Part shown: in pieces, positions 26,700-40,900 of the stretch | Layout of the letters: each line of letters starts with the position of its first letter | Position numbering within the stretch: position 1 is the stretch's first letter | DNA from: Eledone cirrhosa | Taxonomy: Eukaryota | Direction: 5' to 3' | DNA length: 64,000 nucleotides | NCBI GenBank assembly: GCA_964016885.1 | Contig: OZ024742.1 | Coordinates: 164,238,001 to 164,302,000, forward strand | Position numbers and translations under genes: made by a program | The notes under the pieces: generated by a model | What the model saw: the letters and a program-made list of their open reading frames with translations, nothing else | The model's database searches: none | What the model was told of the DNA's origin: nothing

Positions 26700-28980
26700 C
26701 CCCTGATTTTTTTTTACAAATTATCTGCCCTTGATTTTTTTTACAAATTATCTCCCCCTGATTTTTTTACAAATTATCTCCCCTTGGCTGGCTGGAAATT
26801 ATCTCCCCTTGGAGGCTGGAATTTATCTCCCCTTGGACGGCTAGAAATTACCTCTCCTTGGACGGCTGGAAAATATTTCTCCTTGGACGGCTGGATATTA
26901 TCTACCCTTGGACGGGTGGAAATTATCTCCCCTTGGACGGCTGGAAATTATCTCCCCTTGGACGGCTAGATATTACCTCCCCTTGGACGACTGGAAATTA
27001 TCTCCCCTTGATTTTTTTTACAAATTATCTCCCCCTGAATTTTTTTTTACAAATTATCTCCCCCTGATTTTTTTTACAAATTATCTCCGCCTGATTTTTT
27101 TAAATATTATCTTCTCTTGGCTGGCGGGAAATTATCTCCCCTTGGACGGCTGAAAATTATCTCCCCTTGGACGGCTGGAAATTATCTCCCCTTGATTTTT
27201 TTTACAAATTATCTCCCCCTGATTTTTTTTTACAAATTATCTCCCCCTGATTTTTTTTTACAAATTATCTCCCCCTGATTTTTTTTTTACAAATTATCTC
27301 CCCCTGATTTATTTACAAATTATCTCCCCCTGATTTTTTTTACAAATTATCTCCGCCTGATTTTTTTAAATATTATCTTCTCTTGGCTGGCGGGAAATTA
27401 TCTCCCCTTGGACGGCTGAAAATTATCTCCCCTTGGACGGCTGGAAATTATCTCCCCTTGATTTTTTTTACAAATTATCTCCCCCTGATTTTTTTTTACA
27501 AATTATCTCCCCCTGATTTTTTTTTACAAATTATCTCCCCCTGATTTTTTTTTACAAATTATCTGCCCCTGATTTTTTTTACAAATTATCTCCCCCTGAT
27601 TTTTTTACAAATTATCTCCCCTTGGCTGGCTGGAAATTATCTCCCCTTGGAGGCTGGAATTTATCTCCCCTTGGACGGCTAGAAATTACCTCTCCTTGGA
27701 CGGCTGGAAAATATTTCTCCTTGGACGGCTGGATATTATCTACCCTTGGACGGGTGGAAATTATCTCCCCTTGGACGGCTGGAAATTATCTCCCCTTGGA
27801 CGGCTAGATATTACCTCCCCTTGGACGACTGGAAATTATCTCCCCTTGATTTTTTTTACAAATTATCTCCCCCTGAATTTTTTTTTACAAATTATCTCCC
27901 CCTGATTTTTTTTACAAATTATCTCCGCCTGATTTTTTTAAATATTATCTTCTCTTGGCTGGCGGGAAATTATCTCCCCTTGGACGGCTGAAAATTATCT
28001 CCCCTTGGACGGCTGGAAATTATCTCCCCTTGATTTTTTTTACAAATTATCTCCCCCTGATTTTTTTTTACAAATTATCTCCCCCTGATTTTTTTTTACA
28101 AATTATCTCCCCCTGATTTTTTTTTACAAATTATCTGCCCCTGATTTTTTTTACAAATTATCTCCCCCTGATTTTTTTACAAATTATCTCCCCTTGGCTG
28201 GCTGGAAATTATCTCCCCTTGGAGGCTGGAATTTATCTCCCCTTGGACGGCTAGAAATTACCTCTCCTTGGACGGCTGGAAAATATTTCTCCTTGGACGG
28301 CTGGATATTATCTACCCTTGGACGGGTGGAAATTATCTCCCCTTGGACGGCTGGAAATTATCTCCCCTTGGACGGCTAGATATTACCTCCCCTTGGACGA
28401 CTGGAAATTATCTCCCCTTGATTTTTTTTACAAATTATCTCCGCCTGATTTTTTTAAATATTATCTTCTCTTGGCTGGCGGGAAATTATCTCCCCTTGGA
28501 CGGCTGAAAATTATCTCCCCTTGGACGGCTGGAAATTATCTCCCCTTGATTTTTTTTACAAATTATCTCCCCCTGATTTTTTTTTACAAATTATCTCCCC
28601 CTGATTTTTTTTTACAAATTATCTCCCCCTGATTTTTTTTTTACAAATTATCTCCCCCTGATTTATTTACAAATTATCTCCCCCTGATTTTTTTTACAAA
28701 TTATCTCCGCCTGATTTTTTTAAATATTATCTTCTCTTGGCTGGCGGGAAATTATCTCCCCTTGGACGGCTGAAAATTATCTCCCCTTGGACGGCTGGAA
28801 ATTATCTCCCCTTGATTTTTTTTACAAATTATCTCCCCCTGATTTTTTTTTACAAATTATCTCCCCCTGATTTTTTTTTACAAATTATCTCCCCCTGATT
28901 TTTTTTTACAAATTATCTCCCCCTGATTTTTTTAACAAATTATCTCCCCCTGATTTTTTTACAAATTATCTCCCCTTGGC
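26700..28980 (+). repeat. Local triplication of the AAAATATTTCTCC/GGACGGGTGG/GGACGACTGG module (spacings 838 and 572 bp)
   Basis: Identical block starts at 26784, 27622 and 28194. Confidence 0.88.
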
Positions 28981-31900
28981 TGGCTGGAAATTATCTCCCC
29001 TTGGAGGCTGGAATTTATCTCCCCTTGGACGGCTAGAAATTACCTCTCCTTGGACGGCTGGAAAATATGTCCTTGGACGGCTGGATATTATCTACCCTTG
29101 GACGGCTGGAAATTATCTCCCCTTGGACGGCTGGAAATTATCTCCCCTTGGACGGCTAGATATTACCTCCCCTTGGACGGCTGGAAATTATCTCCCCTTG
29201 ATTTTGTTTACAAATTATCTCCCCCTGATTTTTTTTTACAAATTATCTCCCCCTGATTTTTTTTTACAAATTATCTACCCCTGATTTTTTTTTACAAATT
29301 ATCTCCCCCTGATTTTTTTTACAAATTATCTCTCCCTGATTTTTTTTTACAAATTATCTCCCCCTGATTTTTTTTTACAAATTATCTACCCCTGATTTTT
29401 TTTTACAAATTATCTCCCCCTGATTTTTTTTACAAATTATCTCCCCCTGATTTTTTTTACAAATTATCTCCCCCTGATTTTTTTACAAATTATCTCCCCC
29501 CGATTTTTTTTACAAATTATCTCCGCCTAATTTTTTTAAATATTATCTTCCCTTGGCTGGCGGGAAATTACCCCTTGGACGGCTGAAAATTATCTCCCCT
29601 TGGACGGCTGGAAATTATCTCCCATTGATTTTTTTACAAATTATCTCCCCCTGATTTTTTTTTACAAATTATCTACCCCTGATTTTTTTTTACAAATTAT
29701 CTCCCCCTGATTTTTTTACAAATTATCTCCCCTTGGCTGGCTGGAAATTATCTCCCCTTGGAGGCTGGAATTTATCTCCCCTTGGACGGCTAGAAATTAC
29801 CTCTCCTTGGACGGCTGGAAAATATGTCTCCTTGGACGGCTGGATATTATCTACCCTTGGACGGCTGGAAATTATCTCCCCTTGGACGGCTGGAAATTAT
29901 CTCCCCTTGAACGGCTGGAAATTATCTCCCCTTGGACGGCTGGAAATTATCTCCCCTTGGACGGCTAGAAATTACCTCTCCTTGGACGGCTGAAAATTAT
30001 CTCCCCTTGGACGGCTGCAAATTATCTCCCCTTGATTTTTTTAACAAATTATCTCCCCCTGATTTTTTTTTACAAATTATCTCCCCCTGATTTTTTTTTA
30101 CAAATTATCTACGCCTAATTTTTTTTACAAATTATCTCCCCCTGATTTTTTTTACAAATTATCTCCCCTTGGCTGGCTGGAAATTATCTCCCCTTGGAGG
30201 CTGGAATTTATCTCCACTTGGACGGTTAGAAATTACCTCTCCTTGGACTGCTGGAAAATATGTCTCCTTGGACGGCTGGAAATTATCTCCCCTTGGACGG
30301 CTGGAAATTATCTCCCCTTGGACGGCTGGAAATTATCTCTCCTCGGACGACTAGAAATTACCTCTCCTTGGACAGCTGAAAATTATCTCCCCTTGGACGG
30401 CTGGAAATTATCTCCCCTTGATTTTTTTTACAAATTATCTCCCCCCGATTTTTTTTTACAAATTATCTCCCCCTGATTTTTTTTTACAAATTATCTCCCC
30501 CTGATTTTTTTTACAAATTATCTCCCCCTGATATTTTTTACAAATTATCTCCCCTTGGCTGGCTGGAAATTATCTCCCCTTGGAGGCTGGAATTTATCTC
30601 CCCTTGGACGGCTAGAAATTACCTCGTCTTGGACGGCTGGAAAATATGTCTCCTTGGACGGCTGGAAATTATCTCCCCTTGGACGGCTGGAAATTATCTC
30701 CCCTTGGACGGCTGGAAATTATCTCCCTTTGGACGGCTAGATATTACCTCCCCTTGGACGGCTGGAAATTATCTCCCCTTGATTTTTTTTACAAATTATC
30801 TCCCCCTGATTTTTTTTTACAAATTATCTCCCCCTGATTTTTTTTTACGAATTATCTCCCCCTGATTTTTTTTTACAAATTATCTCCGCCTGATTTTTTT
30901 TTTTAAATTATCTCCCCTTGAACGGCTGGAAATTATCTCCCCTTGGACGGCTGGAAATTATCTCCCCTTGGACGGCTAGAAATTACCTCTCCTTGGACGG
31001 CTGAAAATTATCTCCCCTTGGACGGCTGCAAATTATCTCCCCTTGATTTTTTAACAAATTATCTCCCCCTGATTTTTTTTTACAAATTATCTCCCCCTGA
31101 TTTTTTTTTACAAATTATCTACGCCTAATTTTTTTTACAAATTATCTCCCCCTGATTTTTTTTTACAAATTATCTCCCCCTGATTTTTTTTACAAATTAT
31201 CTCCCCCTGATTTTTTTTTACAAATTATTTCCCCCTGATTTTTTTACAAATTATCTCCCCCCTGATTTTTTTTACAATCTCCGCCTGATTTTTTTAAAAA
31301 TTATCTTGCCTTGGCTGGCGGGAAATTATCTCCCCTTGGACGGCTGGAAATTATATCCCCTTGGACGGCTGGAAATTACCTCCCCTTGGACAGCTGGAAA
31401 TTATCTGCCCTTGATTTTGTTTTTACAAATTATCTCCCCCTGATTTTTTTTACAAATTATCTCCACCTGATTTTTTAAAAAATTATCTCCCCTTGGACGG
31501 CTGGAAATTATCTCCCCTTGATTTTTTTTACAAATTATCTCCCCCTGATTTTTTTTTACAAATTATCTCCCCCTGATTTTTTTTTACAAATTATCTCCCC
31601 CTGATTTTTTTTTACAAATTATCTGCCCCTGATTTTTTTTACAAATTATCTCCCCCTGATTTTTTTACAAATTATCTCCCCTTGGCTGGCTGGAAATTAT
31701 CTCCCCTTGGAGGCTGGAATTTATCTCCCCTTGGACGGCTAGAAATTACCTCTCCTTGGACGGCTGGAAAATATTTCTCCTTGGACGGCTGGATATTATC
31801 TACCCTTGGACGGGTGGAAATTATCTCCCCTTGGACGGCTGGAAATTATCTCCCCTTGGACGGCTAGATATTACCTCCCCTTGGACGACTGGAAATTATC

Positions 31901-34900
31901 TCCCCTTGATTTTTTTTACAAATTATCTCCCCCTGAATTTTTTTTTACAAATTATCTCCCCCTGATTTTTTTTACAAATTATCTCCGCCTGATTTTTTTA
32001 AATATTATCTTCTCTTGGCTGGCGGGAAATTATCTCCCCTTGGACGGCTGAAAATTATCTCCCCTTGGACGGCTGGAAATTATCTCCCCTTGATTTTTTT
32101 TACAAATTATCTCCCCCTGATTTTTTTTTACAAATTATCTCCCCCTGATTTTTTTTTACAAATTAGCTCCCCCTGATTTTTTTTTTACAAATTATCTCCC
32201 CCTGATTTATTTACAAATTATCTCCCCCTGATTTTTTTTACAAATTATCTCCGCCTGATTTTTTTAAATATTATCTTCTCTTGGCTGGCGGGAAATTATC
32301 TCCCCTTGGACGGCTGAAAATTATCTCCCCTTGGACGGCTGGAAATTATCTCCCCTTGATTTTTTTTACAAATTATCTCCCCCTGATTTTTTTTTACAAA
32401 TTATCTCCCCCTGATTTTTTTTTACAAATTATCTCCCCCTGATTTTTTTTTACAAATTATCTCCCCCTGATTTTTTTTACAAATTATCTCCCCCTGATTT
32501 TTTTACAAATTATCTCCCCTTGGCTGGCTGGAAATTATCTCCCCTTGGAGGCTGGAATTTATCTCCCCTTGGACGGCTAGAAATTACCTCTCCTTGGACG
32601 GCTGGAAAATATGTCCTTGGACGGCTGGATATTATCTACCCTTGGACGGCTGGAAATTATCTCCCCTTGGACGGCTGGAAATTATCTCCCCTTGGACGGC
32701 TAGATATTACCTCCCCTTGGACGGCTGGAAATTATCTCCCCTTGATTTTGTTTACAAATTATCTCCCCCTGATTTTTTTTTACAAATTATCTCCCCCTGA
32801 TTTTTTTTTACAAATTATCTACCCCTGATTTTTTTTTACAAATTATCTCCCCCTGATTTTTTTTACAAATTATCTCTCCCTGATTTTTTTTTACAAATTA
32901 TCTCCCCCTGATTTTTTTTTACAAATTATCTACCCCTGATTTTTTTTTACAAATTATCTCCCCCTGATTTTTTTTACAAATTATCTCCCCCTGATTTTTT
33001 TTACAAATTATCTCCCCCTGATTTTTTTACAAATTATCTCCCCCCGATTTTTTTTACAAATTATCTCCGCCTAATTTTTTTAAATATTATCTTCCCTTGG
33101 CTGGCGGGAAATTATCTCCCCTTGGACGGCTGAAAATTATCTCCCCTTGGACGGCTGGAAATTATCTCCCATTGATTTTTTTACAAATTATCTCCCCCTG
33201 ATTTTTTTTTACAAATTATCTACCCCTGATTTTTTTTTACAAATTATCTCCCCCTGATTTTTTTACAAATTATCTCCCCTTGGCTGGCTGGAAATTATCT
33301 CCCCTTGGAGGCTGGAATTTATCTCCCCTTGGACGGCTAGAAATTACCTCTCCTTGGACGGCTGGAAAATATGTCTCCTTGGACGGCTGGATATTATCTA
33401 CCCTTGGACGGCTGGAAATTATCTCCCCTTGGACGGCTGGAAATTATCTCCCCTTGAACGGCTGGAAATTATCTCCCCTTGGACGGCTGGAAATTATCTC
33501 CCCTTGGACGGCTAGAAATTACCTCTCCTTGGACGGCTGAAAATTATCTCCCCTTGGACGGCTGCAAATTATCTCCCCTTGATTTTTTTAACAAATTATC
33601 TCCCCCTGATTTTTTTTTACAAATTATCTCCCCCTGATTTTTTTTTACAAATTATCTACGCCTAATTTTTTTTACAAATTATCTCCCCCTGATTTTTTTT
33701 ACAAATTATCTCCCCCTGATTTTTTTTACAAATTATCTCCCCCTGATTTTTTTTTACAAATTATCTCCCCCTGATTTTTTTACAAATTATCTCCCCCCTG
33801 ATTTTTTTTACAATCTCCGCCTGATTTTTTAAAAAATTATCTTCCCTTGGCTGGCAGGAAATTATCTCCCCTTGGACGGCTGGAAATTATATCCCCTTGG
33901 AAGGATGGAAATTATCTCCCCTTGGACGGCTGGAAATTATCTCCCCTTGGACGGCTGGAAATTACCTCCCCTTGGACAGCTGGAAATTATCTGCCCTTGA
34001 TTTTGTTTTTACAAATTATCTCCCCCTGATTTTTTTTACAAATTATCTCCACCTGATTTTTTAAAAAATTATCTCCCCTTGATTTTTTTACAAATTATCT
34101 CCCCCTGATTTTTTTTACAAATTATCTCCCCCTGATTTTTTTTTTACAAATTATCTCCCCCTGATTTTTTTACAAATTATCTCCCCCTGATTTTTTTTAC
34201 AAATTATCTCCGCCTGATTTTTTTAAATATTATCTTCCCTTGGCTGGCGGGAAATTATCTCCCCTTGGACGGCTGAAAATTATCTCCCCTTGGACGGCTG
34301 GAAATTATCTCCCCTTGATTTTTTTTACAAATTATCTCCCCCTGATTTTTTTTTACAAATTATCTCCCCCTGATTTTTTTTACAAATTATCTCCCCCTGA
34401 TTTTTTTTTACAAATTATCTGCCCCTGATTTTTTTTACAAATTATCTCCCCCTGATTTTTTTACAAATTATCTCCCCTTGGCTGGCTGGAAATTATCTCC
34501 CCTTGGAGGCTGGAATTTATCTCCCCTTGGACGGCTAGAAATTACCTCTCCTTGGACGGCTGGAAAATATTTCTCCTTGGACGGCTGGATATTATCTACC
34601 CTTGGACGGGTGGAAATTATCTCCCCTTGGACGGCTGGAAATTATCTCCCCTTGGACGGCTAGATATTACCTCCCCTTGGACGGCTGGAAATTATCTCCC
34701 CTTGATTTTTTTTACAAATTATCTCCCCCTGATTTTTTTTACAAATTATCTCCACCTGATTTTTTTACAAATTATCTCCCCCTGATTTTTTTTACAAATT
34801 ATCTCCCCCTGATTTTTTTTTTACAAATTATCTCCCCCTGATTTTTTTACAAATTATCTCCCCCTGATTTTTTTTACAAATTATCTCCGCCTGATTTTTT

Positions 34901-37900
34901 TAAATATTATCTTCCCTTGGCTGGCGGGAAATTATCTCCCCTTGGACGGCTGAAAATTATCTCCCCTTGGACGGCTGGAAATTATCTCCCCTTGGACGGC
35001 TGGAAATTATCTCCCCTTGGACGGCTAGAAATTACCTCTCCTTGGACGACTGAAAATTATCTCCCCTTAGACGGCTGCAAATTATCTCCCCTTGATTTTT
35101 TTTACAAATTATCTCCGCCTGATTTTTTTTTTAAAATTATCTCCCCTTGGACGGCTGGAAATTACCTCCCCTTGGACGGCTGGAAATTATCTCCCCTTGG
35201 ACGGCTAGAAATTACCTCTCATTGGACGGCTGAAAATTATCTCCCCTTGGACGGCTGGAAATTATCTCCCCTTGATTTTTTTTACAAATTATCTCCCCCT
35301 GATTTTTTTTTACAAATTATCTCCCCCTGATTTTTTTTTTACAAATTATCTCCGCCTGATTTTTTTTTTAAATTATCTCTCCTTGGACGGCTGGATATTA
35401 TCTCCCCTTTCATTTTTTTTACAAATTATCTCCCCCTGATTTTTTTTTACAAATTATCTCCCCCTGATTTTTTTTTACAAATTATCTACCCCTAATTTTT
35501 TTTTACAAATTATCTCCCCCTGATTTTTTTTACAAATTATCTCCCCCTGATTTTTTTTTACAAATTATCTCCCCCTGATTTTTTTACAAATTATCTCCCC
35601 CTGATTTTTTTTACAAATTATCTCCGCCTGATTTTTTTAAATATTATCTTCTCTTGGCTGGCGGGAAATTATCTCCCCTTGGACGGCTGAAAATTATCTC
35701 CCCTTGGACGGCTGGAAATTATCTCCCCTTGATTTTTTTTACAAATTATCTTCCCCTGATTTTTTTTTACAAATTATCTCCCCCTGATTTTTTTTACAAA
35801 TTAGCTCCCCCTGATTTTTTTTTACAAATTATCTCCCCCTGATTTTTTTTACAAATTATCTCGCCCTGATTTTTTTACAAATTATCTCCCCTTGGCTGGC
35901 TGGAAATTATCTCCCCTTGGAGGCTGGAATTTATCTCCCCTTGGACGGCTAGAAATTACCTCTCCTTGGACGGCTGGAAAATATGTCCTTGGACGGCTGG
36001 ATATTATCTACCCTTGGACGGCTGGAAATTATCTCCCCTTGGACGGCTGGAAATTATCTCCCCTTGGACGGCTAGATATTACCTCCCCTTGGACGGCTGG
36101 AAATTATCTCCCCTTGATTTTTTTTACAAATTATCCCCCCCTGATTTTTTTTTACAAATTATCTCCCCCTGATTTTTTTTTACAAATTATCTACCCCTGA
36201 TTTTTTTTTACAAATTATCTCCCCCTGATTTTTTTTACAAATTATCTCTCCCTGATTTTTTTTTACAAATTATCTCCCCCTGATTTTTTGTTACAAATTA
36301 TCTACCCCTGATTTTTTTTTACAAATTATCTCCCCCTGATTTTTTTTACAAATTATCTCCCCCTGATTTTTTTTACAAATTATCTCCCCCTGATTTTTTT
36401 ACAAATTATCTCCCCCCGATTTTTTTTACAAATTATCTCCGCCTAATTTTTTTAAATATTATCTTCCCTTGGCTGGCGGGAAATTATCTCCCCTTGGACG
36501 GCTGAAAATTATCTCCCCTTGGACGGCTGGAAATTATCTCCCCTTGATTTTTTTACAAATTATCTCCCCCTGATTATTTTTTACAAATTATCTCCCCCTG
36601 ATTTTTTTTTACAAATTATCTCCCTCTGATTTTTTTTACAAATTATCTCCCCTTGGCTGGCTGGAAATTATCTCCCCTTGGAGGCTGGAATTTATCTCCA
36701 CTTGGACGGTTAGAAATTACCTCTCCTTGGACTGCTGGAAAATATGTCTCCTTGGACGGCTGGAAATTATCTCCCCTTGGACGGCTGGAAATTATCTCCC
36801 CTTGGACGGCTGGAAATTATCTCTCCTCGGACGACTAGAAATTACCTCTCCTTGGACAGCTGAAAATTATCTCCCCTTGGACGGCTGGAAATTATCTCCC
36901 CTTGATTTTTTTTACAAATTATCTCCCCCCGATTTTTTTTTACAAATTATCTCCCCCTGATTTTTTTTTACAAATTATCTCCCCCTGATTTTTTTTACAA
37001 ATTATCTCCCCCTGATATTTTTTACAAATTATCTCCCCCTGATTTTTTTACAAATTATCTCCCCTTGGCTGGCTGGAAATTATCTCCCCTTGGAGGCTGG
37101 AATTTATCTCCCCTTGGACGGCTAGAAATTACCTCGCCTTGGACGGCTGGAAAATATGTCTCCTTGGACGGCTGGAAATTATCTCCCCTTGGACGGCTGG
37201 AAATTATCTCCCCTTGGACGGCTGGAAATTATCTCCCCTTGGACGGCTAGATATTACCTCCCCTTGGACGGCTGGAAATTATCTCCCCTTGATTTTTTTT
37301 ACAAATTATCTCCCCCTGATTTTTTTTTACAAATTATCTCCCCCTGATTTTTTTTTACGAATTATCTCCCCCTGATTTTTTTTTACAAATTATCTCCGCC
37401 TGATTTTTTTTTTAAAATTATCTCCCCTTGAACGGCTGGAAATTATCTCCCCTTGGACGGCTGGAAATTATCTCCCCTTGGACGGCTAGAAATTACCTCT
37501 CCTTGGACGGCTGAAAATTATCTCCCCTTGGACGGCTGCAAATTATCTCCCCTTGATTTTTTAACAAATTATCTCCCCCTGATTTTTTTTTACAAATTAT
37601 CTCCCCCTGATTTTTTTTTACAAATTATCTACGCCTAATTTTTTTTACAAATTATCTCCCCCTGATTTTTTTTTACAAATTATCTCCCCCTGATTTTTTT
37701 TACAAATTATCTCCCCCTGATTTTTTTTTACAAATTATTTCCCCCTGATTTTTTTACAAATTATCTCCCCCCTGATTTTTTTTACAATCTCCGCCTGATT
37801 TTTTTAAAAATTATCTTGCCTTGGCTGGCGGGAAATTATCTCCCCTTGGACGGCTGGAAATTATATCCCCTTGGACGGCTGGAAATTACCTCCCCTTGGA

Positions 37901-40900
37901 CAGCTGGAAATTATCTGCCCTTGATTTTGTTTTTACAAATTATCTCCCCCTGATTTTTTTTACAAATTATCTCCACCTGATTTTTTAAAAAATTATCTCC
38001 CCTTGGACGGCTGGAAATTATCTCCCCTTGATTTTTTTTACAAATTATCTCCCCCTGATTTTTTTTTACAAATTATCTCCCCCTGATTTTTTTTACAAAT
38101 TATCTCCCCCTGATTTTTTCTTACAAATTATCTGCCCCTGATTTTTTTTACAAATTATCTCCCCCTGATTTTTTTACAAATTATCTCCCCTTGGCTGGCT
38201 GGAAATTATCTCCCCTTGGAGGCTGGAATTTATCTTCCCTTGGACGGCTAGAAATTACCTCTCCTTGGACGGCTGGAAAATATTTCTCCTTGGACGGCTG
38301 GATATTATCTACCCTTGGACGGGTGGAAATTATCTCCCCTTGGACGGCTGGAAATTATCTCCCCTTGGACGGCTAGATATTACCTCCCCTTGGACGACTG
38401 GAAATTATCTCCCCTTGATTTTTTTTACAAATTATCTCCCCCTGATTTTTTTTTTACAAATTATCTTCCCCTGATTTTTTTTACAAATTATCTCCGCCTG
38501 ATTTTTTTAAATATTATCTTCTCTTGGCTGGCGGGAAATTATCTCCCCTTGGACGGCTGAAAATTATCTCCCCTTGGACGGCTGGAAATTATCTCCCCTT
38601 GATTTTTTTTACAAATTATCTCCCCCTGATTTTTTTTTACAAATTATCTCCCCCTGATTTTTTTTTACAAATTATCTCCCCCTGATTTTTTTTTTACAAA
38701 TTATCTCCCCCTGATTTATTTACAAATTATCTCCCCCTGATTTTTTTTACAAATTATCTCCGCCTGATTTTTTTAAATATTATCTTCTCTTGGCTGGCGG
38801 GAAATTATCTCCCCTTGGACGGCTGAAAATTATCTCCCCTTGGACGGCCGGAAATTATCTCCCCTTGATTTTTTTTACAAATTATCTCCCCCTGATTTTT
38901 TTTTACAAATTATCTCCCCCTGATTTTTTTTTACAAATTATCTCCCCCTGATTTTTTTTTACAAATTATCTCCCCCTGATTTTTTTTACAAATTATCTCC
39001 CCCTGATTTTTTTACAAATTATCTCCCCTTGGCTGGCTGGAAATTATCTCCCCTTGGAGGCTGGAATTTATCTCCCCTTGGACGGCTAGAAATTACCTCT
39101 CCTTGGACGGCTGGAAAATATGTCCTTGGACGGCTGGATATTATCTACCCTTGGACGGCTGGAAATTATCTCCCCTTGGACGGCTGGAAATTATCTCCCC
39201 TTGATTTTTTTACAAATTATCTCCCCCTGATTATTTTTTACAAATTATCTCCCCCTGATTTTTTTTTACAAATTATCTCCCTCTGATTTTTTTTACAAAT
39301 TATCTCCCCTTGGCTGGCTGGAAATTATCTCCCCTTGGAGGCTGGAATTTATCTCCCCTAGGACGGTTAGAAATTACCTCTCCTTGGACTGCTGGAAAAT
39401 ATGTCTCCTTGGACGGCTGGAAATTATCTCCCCTTGGACGGCTGGAAATTATCTCCCCTTGGACGGCTGGAAATTATCTCTCCTCGGACGACTAGAAATT
39501 ACCTCTCCTTGGACAGCTGAAAATTATCTCCCCTTGGACGGCTGGAAATTATCTCCCCTTGATTTTTTTTACAAATTATCTCCCCCTGATTTTTTTTTAC
39601 AAATTATCTCCCCCTGATTTTTTTTTACAAATTATCTCTCCCTGATATTTTTTACAAATTATCTCCCCCTGATTTTTTTACAAATTATCTCCCCTTGGCT
39701 GGCTGGAAATTATCTCCCCTTGGAGGCTGGAATTTATCTCCCCTTGGACGGCTAGAAATTACCTCGCCTTGGACGGCTGGAAAATATGTCTCCTTGGACG
39801 GCTGGAAATTATCTCCCCTTGGACGGCTGGAAATTATCTCCCCTTGGACGGCTAGATATTACCTCCCCTTGGACGGCTGTAAATTATCTCCCCTTGATTT
39901 TTTTTACAAATTATCTCCCCCTGATTTTTTTTTACAAATTATCTCCCCCTGATTTTTTTTTACAAATTATCTACCCCTGATTTTTTTTTACAAATTATCT
40001 CCCCCTGATTTGTTTTACAAATTATCTCTCACTGATTTTTTTTTACAAATTATCTCCCCCTGATTTTTTTTTACAAATTATCTACCCCTGATTTTTTTTT
40101 ACAAATTATCTCCCCCTGATTTTTTTTACAAATTATCTCCCCCTGATTTTTTTTACAAATTATCTCCCCCTGATTTTTTTACAAATTATCTCCCCCCGAT
40201 TTTTTTTACAAATTATCTCCGCCTAATTTTTTTAAATATTATCTTCCCTTGGCTGGCGGGAAATTATCTCCCCTTGGACGGCTGAAAATTATCTCCCCTT
40301 GGACGGCTGGAAATTATCTCCCCTTGATTTTTTTACAAATTATCTCCCCCTGATTATTTTTTACAAATTATCTCCCCCTGATTTTTTTTTACAAATTATC
40401 TCCCTCTGATTTTTTTTACAAATTATCTCCCCTTGGCTGGCTGGAAATTATCTCCCCTTGGAGGCTGGAATTTATCTCCCCTTGGACGGTTAGAAATTAC
40501 CTCTCCTTGGACTGCTGGAAAATGTCTCCTTGGACGGCTGGAAATTATCTCCCCTGGGACGGCTGGAAATTATCTCCCCTTGGACGGCTGGAAATTATCT
40601 CTCCTCGGACGACTAGAAATTACCTCTCCTTGGACAGCTGAAAATTATCTCCCCTTGGACGGCTGGAAATTATCTCCCCTTGATTTTTTTTACAAATTAT
40701 CTCCCCCTGATTTTTTTTTACAAATTATCTCCCCCTGATTTTATTTTACAAATTATCTCCCCCTGATTTTTTTTACAAATTATCTCCCCCTGATATTTTT
40801 TACAAATTATCTCCCCCTGATTTTTTTACAAATTATCTCCCCTTGGCTGGCTGGAAATTATCTCCCCTTGGAGGCTGGAATTTATCTCCCCTTGGACGGC

